Positions 16,764 to 23,265 of a DNA stretch of 23,265 bases are shown piece by piece (within the stretch, counting starts at the first letter, position 1; each line of letters begins with the position of its first letter). Location: contig JBDIWJ010000030.1 in the NCBI GenBank assembly GCA_039638295.1, forward strand, positions 1-23,265, given 5' to 3'. This DNA is from Candidatus Phoenicimicrobium oleiphilum (GTDB taxonomy: Bacteria > Atribacterota > Phoenicimicrobiia > Phoenicimicrobiales > Phoenicimicrobiaceae). Under the pieces are notes generated by a model. The model had not been told where the DNA came from, did not search any database, and saw only the letters and a program-made list of their open reading frames with translations. Both the position numbers and the translations under genes were made by a program.

Positions 16764-17291
16764 GTGAAAATATCAAACTTTTTGGCAAAGACAAATATGG
16801 TGTTAGAGAAAATAGAGGAAGTTATCCTCTGTATAGGGGTTAGCGTGCTGGCTATAATTTTAATTGTCAATGTAGTAGCCAGAAAAGCAGGAACCTCGAT
16901 CTATTTTATCGATGAAATAGCTATGTTTTTAGTGATCTGGATAACCTTTATTGGCGTAAGTTATGCCTCGAGGAAGGCAAGGCATATCCGTATGGGGGCA
17001 ATATTTGACTTATCTTCGGTGAGGGTGCAAAAAATCATGATATTTGTAATTTCTACAATCAGTGCTATAGTCATGTTCTACCTGACCTATATTTCTGTTA
17101 ATTACGTATATACTACTTATCGTTGGCAACAAGTGGCCCCAGCTCTAAGAATGCCCTATTGGATTGGTATCGTAGTCGTTCCGGTGGGTTTCTTCCTGGC
17201 CGGAATACATTATGTTCGGACCATTGTGAAGAACATCCAGGTAAAAGAGGAGGTCTGGCTCTCTCCTGAACAAAAGAGCGAATATGAGTGA
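16764..17291 (+). CDS. TRAP transporter small permease (DctQ/TeaB-like)
   Basis: Four TM segments; NVVAR, DEIAMFLVIWITFIGVSYASRKARHIRM, PALRMPYW; GTG start after GAGGG. Confidence 0.92.
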   Translation: MKISNFLAKTNMVLEKIEEVILCIGVSVLAIILIVNVVARKAGTSIYFIDEIAMFLVIWITFIGVSYASRKARHIRMGAIFDLSSVRVQKIMIFVISTISAIVMFYLTYISVNYVYTTYRWQQVAPALRMPYWIGIVVVPVGFFLAGIHYVRTIVKNIQVKEEVWLSPEQKSEYE

Positions 17292-17316
17292 GGAAGGAGG
17301 TTAGAGAGGAGGAATT

Positions 17317-18600
17317 ATGTTACAATTGATGGGAGTGGTAGCGTTCACCTTGCTTTTTCTTGGTTTCCCCTTTATGGTGGTACTCCTTGCTACTTTTCTG
17401 TTAGTTAGTTTTTTCTTTTTTCCTGATCTTAATCTAAATATACTAATACAGCAAATATTGAGTGGGATTAAGCCACTTTCTCTGGTTTGTGTGCCTATGT
17501 TTATACTGGCGGCTAATATTATTACTTCCGGACAGGCTGCCAAGAGAATGATAAATATGGTAAAGGCTTTCCTGGGACATCTATTTGGGGGCCTGCCTAT
17601 AGTTACTAATGTTGCCTGTACTTTATTTGGGGCTGTATCTGGCTCCACGCAGGCAACTGTAGCTGCTATAGGGGGGACAATGCGCCCCATGCTCCTCGAG
17701 GCTGGTTATTCCAGCCCTTTTACCCTTGGTTTAATTATTAATTCCAGCGACATTGCTTTTCTTATTCCTCCCAGCATAGGTTTTATTGTATATGGAGTAG
17801 CAACGCAAACTTCTGTTGGAAAATTATTTCTTGCCGGTATTCTTCCCGGATTACTTGTTTGTGCTTTATTCTCAATCTTTTCCTATTTTTACTCCAAATT
17901 TTATAATATTGGGCTTTATCCCAAGGCTAGTTGGAAGGAAAGGAAGCAGGTTACCAAGGAAGGCATCTTGATAATTGGTTTTCCTATATTGATCCTTGGA
18001 GGGATCTATGGGGGGATATTCAGTCCTACGGAAGCAGCTGCTTCTTCTGTACTATATGCTTTAGTCTTAGAGGGACTGGTTTATAAAACATTAACATTTA
18101 AAAAACTCATAGATATTGCCCTGTCTACGGCAGTGGTCACTGCCGTGGTTTTCATATTGGTGGGAGCGGGGCAAGCCATATCCTGGCTTTTAAGTTATTC
18201 TGGAATATACAAACTAATCCTGCCACCTCTTTTTGGGGATGAACCTTCTGTCCTAAAGGTTATTATCATAATTAATATTGCTTATTTCATTGCTTGTATG
18301 TTTGTTGATCCCATTGTCGCTATTTATGTTCTAACTCCACTTTTTGCGCCCTATGTAGCTCAAGCAGGGATTGACAAAGTTTTTCTGGGAGTTTTAGTAA
18401 CAATGCAAGCAGCAATAGGTTCGGCTACTCCACCTTGTGGGTGTGATATTTTCACTGCCATGGTGATCTTTAAAAGACCTTATTTAGAAGTGATAAGGAT
18501 GACCTGGCCTTTTGTGCTTATTTTACTAGTAGCAGTGGCCATAGTAATCACTTTTCCTGAACTGGCTCTTTTTATACCAAGGAGCGCTTTAGGGGGCTAA
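17317..18600 (+). CDS. TRAP transporter large permease (DctM/TeaC-like)
   Basis: LVCVPMFILAANI, GHLFGGL, LFGAVSGSTQATVAAIG, LIPPSIGFIVYG, LFLAGILPG, GGIFSPTEAA, IGSATPP. Confidence 0.95.
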   Translation: MLQLMGVVAFTLLFLGFPFMVVLLATFLLVSFFFFPDLNLNILIQQILSGIKPLSLVCVPMFILAANIITSGQAAKRMINMVKAFLGHLFGGLPIVTNVACTLFGAVSGSTQATVAAIGGTMRPMLLEAGYSSPFTLGLIINSSDIAFLIPPSIGFIVYGVATQTSVGKLFLAGILPGLLVCALFSIFSYFYSKFYNIGLYPKASWKERKQVTKEGILIIGFPILILGGIYGGIFSPTEAAASSVLYALVLEGLVYKTLTFKKLIDIALSTAVVTAVVFILVGAGQAISWLLSYSGIYKLILPPLFGDEPSVLKVIIIINIAYFIACMFVDPIVAIYVLTPLFAPYVAQAGIDKVFLGVLVTMQAAIGSATPPCGCDIFTAMVIFKRPYLEVIRMTWPFVLILLVAVAIVITFPELALFIPRSALGG

Positions 18601-18691
18601 AAGTAAAGGAGATGATGCTTATGTAATGAAAATAAATGAGTAGATATATTTCTTGGATATTAATAAAATTAAACAAAAAGGAGGGATAAAT

Positions 18692-19744
18692 ATGAGAAAT
18701 TTCAGGTTGATTCTAATCTTAGGTTTAGTAATAGTGCTAATAGCTTTTGTCTTCCCCGTATTTGCTCAAGAAAAAACTGAGGTCTACAAATGGAAAATGA
18801 TCTCTGAAGAGGTGACGGGGGATCCCATGACGGTCTTTGCCGAGCGATTTGCTGATCTAGTAGAAAAAAAATCAAATGGGAGAATAGAAATCGAAGTCTT
18901 TCCCTATGGTACTCTTGGAGGAGAGAGGGATATAGTTGAGCTTGTTCAGATGGGAGAGATAGAATTGGGCAGTGTAGACTATGGATGGGTTGGAGGCTTT
19001 GTGCCTCAAGCTCAGGTCTTGGCTTTACAATATCTCTGGCCAAAAGAGAATACCGCTGAAGTTATGCATGAAGTTTGCCAGAATGGTCGGGCTATCCAAC
19101 TACTGGAAGAAGGTTTTAGAAATAGAGGTTTTCAGTTATTAGGTGTATGGAGTTCAGGTTGGATGAGGGTCACCTCTAATGTTCCCATCCATTCTCCGAA
19201 AGATGTTAAAGGACTTAAACACAGGGTAATGGCAAATCCTATCCTGGTAAAGGCTTACAATACCTATGGTTTTAATGCACAAAGCTTAGACTATGGCGAG
19301 ATCTATGGAGCTCTACAGACTGGATTGCTAGATTCACAGGTTCAGCCGATGTATGCCCACTTAAGTATGGGTTTCTATGAAGTTCAAGACTATATTACCA
19401 ACTTGTGGAATGAAGCATTTATGGTCACCCCAGTAGTTAATCGTGAACTTTTTGATAGCATACCTGAAGATCTACAGCAGATACTTATTGACTCCTGTGC
19501 GGAACTTATAGTACCAATGACTAACTGGTCTTTCCGAAACAACGAACTAATAGGGATGAAGATTAGGGAGGCCAAACCCACAATTACAATTTATGAGTTA
19601 AATGACGAAGAGATAGTGCCATTCAAAGAGCTGGCCTGGCAAGAAGGTGGCCCCGTCGATACTTACTTGAAAATTGGTGGTGAGGGCGCTAAGGAGATAC
19701 TTGATGCATTATTAAATGATATTAAGACTGCTCAAAGACAATAA
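18692..19744 (+). CDS. TRAP substrate-binding protein (DctP; TeaA/UehA ectoine-binding-like)
   Basis: Signal peptide MRNFRLILILGLVIVLIAFVFPVFA|QE. WKMISEE..G, FADLVEKKSNG, VFPYGTLG, DIVELVQMG, GLKHRVM, YGEIYGALQTG, FYEVQDY. ATG 18692 follows AGGAGG. Confidence 0.9.
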   Translation: MRNFRLILILGLVIVLIAFVFPVFAQEKTEVYKWKMISEEVTGDPMTVFAERFADLVEKKSNGRIEIEVFPYGTLGGERDIVELVQMGEIELGSVDYGWVGGFVPQAQVLALQYLWPKENTAEVMHEVCQNGRAIQLLEEGFRNRGFQLLGVWSSGWMRVTSNVPIHSPKDVKGLKHRVMANPILVKAYNTYGFNAQSLDYGEIYGALQTGLLDSQVQPMYAHLSMGFYEVQDYITNLWNEAFMVTPVVNRELFDSIPEDLQQILIDSCAELIVPMTNWSFRNNELIGMKIREAKPTITIYELNDEEIVPFKELAWQEGGPVDTYLKIGGEGAKEILDALLNDIKTAQRQ

Positions 19745-19768
19745 TATTTTTGGTTTACTGAATTTTAG

Positions 19769-19799
19769 CCTATAGCACAGGTAAAACCTGTGCTATAGG
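19769..19799. other. Perfect RNA stem-loop after dctP (mRNA-stabilising or partial termination element)
   Basis: CCTATAGCACAGGT-AAA-ACCTGTGCTATAGG: a 14-bp perfect stem with no U-tract on either strand. Confidence 0.7.
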
Positions 19800-19952
19800 T
19801 GGAAAGTTCCAGAACAAACAATCAATTAGAATAAAATTAACTAAGTTTACAGTCATTACCATACTACGATTGTCTGCACTGTCTTTTAATGAAAGCCAAA
19901 TGCAGCTCGCATAAGGTTTTTATTTATTTTTTAAGCAAGGAGAAATAATTAG

Positions 19953-21122
19953 ATGTTATATTTTTATATTAATGAATATAAAGATAGGATTAAAAAAACA
20001 AAAAAAAGAATGGAAGCAGAAGGTATTGATGTTTTATTTATTTCTCAACCAGCAAATATGAACTACCTTACTGGTTATGATGGATGGAGTTTTTACGTTC
20101 ATCAGGGTGTAATTGTATCATTAGACAAAGAAGAGCCAATTTGGGTCGGTAGAGCTATGGATGCTAACGGAGCTAAAATAACCACGTTTCTTAAAGATGA
20201 AGATATAAGAGGTTACCCTGATGATTATGTTCAATCAAAAACAAAACACCCGATGCAATTTGTTGCAGATATAATCAAGAAAAAAGGATGGGATAATAAG
20301 ACGATTGCCGTTGAAATGGATCAATTTTATTTTACCCATCGTTGTTATTTAGAATTAGAAAAAGCTCTGCCTAAAGCAAAATTTAAAGATGGTAACCTTT
20401 TAGTTAACATGGTAAGGATGATAAAATCTGAAAAAGAAATTGAGTTTATGAAAAGAGCAGGTAAAATTGCTGTAAAAGCAATGCAAGCGGGTATAGATTC
20501 TGTTAATGTCGGAGTAAGGGAATGTGATGCAGCAGCAAATATTTCTTATGCCCAGATAAAGGGTACTGAAGAATATGGTGGAGATTATCCGGCTATAGTG
20601 CCTTTGATGATGGCTGGCGAAGGAACAAGTACCCCTCATTTGACCTGGTCTGATAGAAAGTTTGAGAATAATGAAGCTGTTCTTTTAGAATTGTCTGGAG
20701 TGTATAAACATTATCATGCACCTATTGCAAGGACTATTTATCTTGGTACCCCGCCTAAAATAATGAGAGAGACTGCAGATGTTGTAACAAATGGATTGGC
20801 TAAAACACTGGAATTTATTAAACCAGGAGTTACCTGTGAAGAAGTAGAAGCAAAGTGGAGAGATGCTATTTCCCACTCAACTGTTGTTAAAGAATCACGT
20901 TTGGGGTATTCAATCGGCTTGAACTATCCGCCTGACTGGGGCGAACAAACCATAAGCCTGAGGCCTGGCGATAAAACTATTTTACAGCCAAATATGACCT
21001 TACACCTTATACCAGGCATTTGGTATAAAGAAGTTGGATTTGAAGTAGACGCATCGATAAGGATTACTAAAAAGGGATATGAATCGTTATACGATTTTCC
21101 CATGGAACTTTTTATTAAATAA
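19953..21122 (+). CDS. doeA: Ectoine hydrolase (DoeA/EutD; M24 pita-bread fold, creatinase-like)
   Basis: Subfamily-typical strings PANMNYLTGYDGWSFYVHQ, WVGRAMDANGA, GYPDDYVQS..HPM, GGDYPAIVP, PHLTW, GYSIGLNYPPDWGE. The canonical Xaa-Pro peptidase metal ligands are largely replaced (ELSG, HAP, GYS, HLIPG). Confidence 0.85.
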   Translation: MLYFYINEYKDRIKKTKKRMEAEGIDVLFISQPANMNYLTGYDGWSFYVHQGVIVSLDKEEPIWVGRAMDANGAKITTFLKDEDIRGYPDDYVQSKTKHPMQFVADIIKKKGWDNKTIAVEMDQFYFTHRCYLELEKALPKAKFKDGNLLVNMVRMIKSEKEIEFMKRAGKIAVKAMQAGIDSVNVGVRECDAAANISYAQIKGTEEYGGDYPAIVPLMMAGEGTSTPHLTWSDRKFENNEAVLLELSGVYKHYHAPIARTIYLGTPPKIMRETADVVTNGLAKTLEFIKPGVTCEEVEAKWRDAISHSTVVKESRLGYSIGLNYPPDWGEQTISLRPGDKTILQPNMTLHLIPGIWYKEVGFEVDASIRITKKGYESLYDFPMELFIK

Positions 21123-21160
21123 TATTCTATTTCGAAAAATTAAAGGAGGGGTAGAGGTAC

Positions 21161-21895
21161 ATGTTGTATAAAGCCAAAAAGGGACAAGCAAGTTATGGTG
21201 AGGCTATAGGAATTCTTTTATTGGATACATCCTTTGCCCCTTATGTTCCAGGTGACGTGGCTAATGCTACTTCTTATTCCTTTCCGGTAAGATTTAAAGT
21301 AGTAAATGGTCTTACTGTCGAAAGGATCTTTAATAAAGAGATTAAATTTTTAGATCGAGTAATTGAAGCTGGTAAGGAATTAATAGAACATGGAGTAAGA
21401 GCAATTACAGGCGATTGTGGATTCATGGCTTTATTCCAAAGAGAAGTGGCCAAACAATTAGAAGTTCCCGTATTTTTATCCAGTCTTCTTCAGTTACCTT
21501 TCCTGACAAGAATAATTGGTGAGGGACAAAAAGTTGGAATAATTACGGCAAATTCAAAGATACTTGATGATACTTTATTAAGAGAAGTGGGCATTAAAGA
21601 TATGAATTCTGTCTATATCAAAGGAGTGGAAGGTAAAGAATATTTTAGAAAAGCAATTATTGAAGAAGTTGGCTGGCTTGATTTCGAGAAGGTGGAAAAA
21701 GAAGTGGTGTCTGCAGCCAAGGAGATGACCAGAGAAGATCCTAAAATAAAAGTTATTTTATTAGAATGCAGCTGTCTGCCTCCCTATGGAGCGGCAGTTC
21801 AAGAGGCAATAAATCTTCCTGTTTTTGATTATATCACTATGATAAACTATGTCTATTCAGCCGTTGTTAAGAAGAATTTCAAAGGTTTTATGTAG
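21161..21895 (+). CDS. Aspartate/glutamate/hydantoin racemase-family protein
   Basis: GEAIGILLLD, PGDVANA.SYSFPV, two catalytic-type Cys motifs ITGDCGF and LLECSCLPPY, PVFLSSL, LPVFD. Confidence 0.85.
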   Translation: MLYKAKKGQASYGEAIGILLLDTSFAPYVPGDVANATSYSFPVRFKVVNGLTVERIFNKEIKFLDRVIEAGKELIEHGVRAITGDCGFMALFQREVAKQLEVPVFLSSLLQLPFLTRIIGEGQKVGIITANSKILDDTLLREVGIKDMNSVYIKGVEGKEYFRKAIIEEVGWLDFEKVEKEVVSAAKEMTREDPKIKVILLECSCLPPYGAAVQEAINLPVFDYITMINYVYSAVVKKNFKGFM

Positions 21896-21942
21896 CATTT
21901 AAAACGTAATTTTTTATTACGAAAGGATAATATAAAACCACT

Positions 21943-23121
21943 ATGAATATAAAAAAGAAAATAACAAGTCTAAAAGATGAATTAATTGAATTAAGAAGAG
22001 ATTTTCATAAGCATCCCGAGCTGGGATTTAAAGAATATAGGACTGCAGAAATTGTAGCAAATTATCTTGAAAAATGCGGATTGAAGGTAAAAAGAGGTAT
22101 TGCAAGAACAGGTGTTGTTGCTCTGCTTGAGGGAAATGCTCCGGGTCCTACTTTACTTTTACGTGCCGATATGGACGCCTTACCTATTCAAGAAGAAAAT
22201 GAGGTACCGTATAAATCGGTAAATAATGGAGTAATGCACGCTTGTGGTCATGATGCTCACACAGCTATGCTCTTAGTGGCTGCGAAAATTCTTTCTAATT
22301 ATAAGGAGAAAATAAAAGGGAATATTAAATTTGTTTTTCAGCCGAATGAAGAAGTTGGTGGGGCAAAAGTAATGGTAGAAGAAGGAGTTCTTGAAAATCC
22401 TCTGGTAGATGCGGCAATGGCTCTACATTTATGGACCCCGATAGAAAGTGGGAAGATTGGAGTTACAGCTGGTCCTATAACCGCAACTCTTGATGTCTTT
22501 AACCTTAAGATTAAAGGGAAAGGTGGGCATACAGGTTATCCGGAAAACGCAGTGGATCCAATTATTGCCGCTGCAAATATTATTCAGACTATCCAAACTA
22601 TACAGACAAGAGAAATAAGTGCGTTAAAGCCTACTATTATTATGTTTACTAAAATAAAAAGTGGAGTAAAATCTAATATTATACCTGATACAGTTAATTT
22701 AGGAGGGACAATAAGGTATTTTTATAAAGAGGGAGTGAAGGACGAAGAGAAAATAAATAAAAGATTTGAAAGAATAGTAGAAGCTATTTGTAGAGCTTAT
22801 AGAACGAAATATAAATTAAAATTTTATAATGAGAATCAGTCAGTCATTAATAATCTGAATATGACAAAATTAGTGATAACTATAGGTGAAGAATTACTAG
22901 GCAATGGTGACAAAATTATACCGTATGTATCCACTGCCGGTGAAGATTTTTCTGAGTTTGCCAATAAGGTTCCGAGTGTCTTCTATTTTGTTGGGGCTGG
23001 CAATATAGAAAAAGAATCCCATTACCCTCATCATAATCCGCGTTTTAATATCGATGAGGATGTAATGTTAATTGGAGTTGAAATGCATGTTCGCAGCGCA
23101 TTAGAATTTTTTAATAAATAG
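21943..23121 (+). CDS. M20D-family amidohydrolase (N-acyl-amino acid deacylase-like)
   Basis: RRDFHKHPELGFKE, LRADMDALP, MHACGHDAH, FQPNEE, GKGGH, GEDFS, HHNPRF. Confidence 0.93.
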   Translation: MNIKKKITSLKDELIELRRDFHKHPELGFKEYRTAEIVANYLEKCGLKVKRGIARTGVVALLEGNAPGPTLLLRADMDALPIQEENEVPYKSVNNGVMHACGHDAHTAMLLVAAKILSNYKEKIKGNIKFVFQPNEEVGGAKVMVEEGVLENPLVDAAMALHLWTPIESGKIGVTAGPITATLDVFNLKIKGKGGHTGYPENAVDPIIAAANIIQTIQTIQTREISALKPTIIMFTKIKSGVKSNIIPDTVNLGGTIRYFYKEGVKDEEKINKRFERIVEAICRAYRTKYKLKFYNENQSVINNLNMTKLVITIGEELLGNGDKIIPYVSTAGEDFSEFANKVPSVFYFVGAGNIEKESHYPHHNPRFNIDEDVMLIGVEMHVRSALEFFNK

Positions 23122-23184
23122 TAAATGAGTATTTTTAAGACAGAGTAAGATATATTAAAATAATAAAAATTAGGAGGAACTAAA

Positions 23185-23265
23185 ATGAAATCAGATCTAC
23201 AGATAGCCCAAGAAGCTAAACTAAAACCCATCACCGAAATCGCTGAATCGATCGGAATAAGAGAA
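23185..23265 (+). CDS. fhs: Formate--tetrahydrofolate ligase, N-terminal fragment (runs off the window)
   Basis: AGGAGG RBS, then MKSDLQIAQEAKLKPITEIAESIGIRE, which matches the characteristic Fhs N-terminus (xSDIEIAQxAxxKPIxEIAxxLGI). Only 27 codons are visible and it is not in the ORF track. Confidence 0.85.
   Translation, partial: MKSDLQIAQEAKLKPITEIAESIGIRE

Noticed and set aside
19800..19952. Possible riboswitch or IclR site upstream of doeA (includes the TGGAA-AG-TTCCA palindrome at 19800-19811)
   Set aside because: No match to riboswitch cores I can recognise (THF, glycine, lysine, SAM, T-box). The palindrome has only 5-bp arms, and its orientation and spacing differ from the site at 12731-12747.
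19953..21122. Generic Xaa-Pro aminopeptidase call
   Set aside because: The dinuclear metal ligands are largely missing and the sequence carries DoeA/EutD-type signature strings.
970..23234. Short ORF-track entries antisense to or nested in larger genes (e.g. 970-1170, 2390-2644, 3559-3849, 9444-9935, 10622-10903, 12611-12838, 17301-17690, 18702-19043, 23031-23234)
   Set aside because: They overlap well-supported genes, show no recognisable motifs, and have the composition expected of shadow frames.
1..23265. CRISPR arrays, tRNA/rRNA genes, prophage or defence genes, long tandem repeats
   Set aside because: None seen. Intergenic regions are short and AT-rich without regularly spaced repeats, and the assignable CDSs are metabolic, transport or regulatory.

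Overview
An AT-rich bacterial window with strong AGGAGG Shine-Dalgarno sites and genes typical of an anaerobic fermenter; an Atribacterota/Firmicutes-like source is my inference only. It holds two catabolic gene clusters on the + strand, separated by a pseudogene and a two-gene minus-strand unit. (1) 1-10002: an AtoS/AtoC-like histidine kinase and sigma-54 activator, a tandem enhancer-like palindrome, a terminator and a clear -24/-12 promoter. These precede a GctAB-type CoA-transferase, an SCP2/archaeal-type thiolase and a DUF35 partner. Next come a KynB-like cyclase-family hydrolase, a Na+:solute symporter fused to two winged-helix domains, and a homocitrate/isopropylmalate-synthase-like DRE-TIM enzyme. 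(2) 10244-12605: an unannotated frameshifted pseudogene of a small PQ-loop-like membrane protein, then (minus strand) a transposase-type HTH-only protein followed by a distant BshC-like protein. (3) 12741-23265: iclR, panB, a U32-like TIM barrel, a Glu/Leu/Phe/Val dehydrogenase with a remodelled substrate pocket, a TeaABC-like TRAP transporter, an ectoine hydrolase (DoeA/EutD), an Asp/Glu racemase-family protein, an M20 amidohydrolase and the start of fhs. The best candidate for an undescribed system is cluster 3. It looks like an ectoine-type catabolic operon without DoeB/DoeC/DoeD in this window, and may instead route the diaminobutyrate skeleton through oxidative deamination and a PanB-type C1 transfer to THF and Fhs. 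The second candidate is the SSS transporter-tandem wHTH fusion. No rRNA, tRNA, CRISPR array or intact mobile element was seen.
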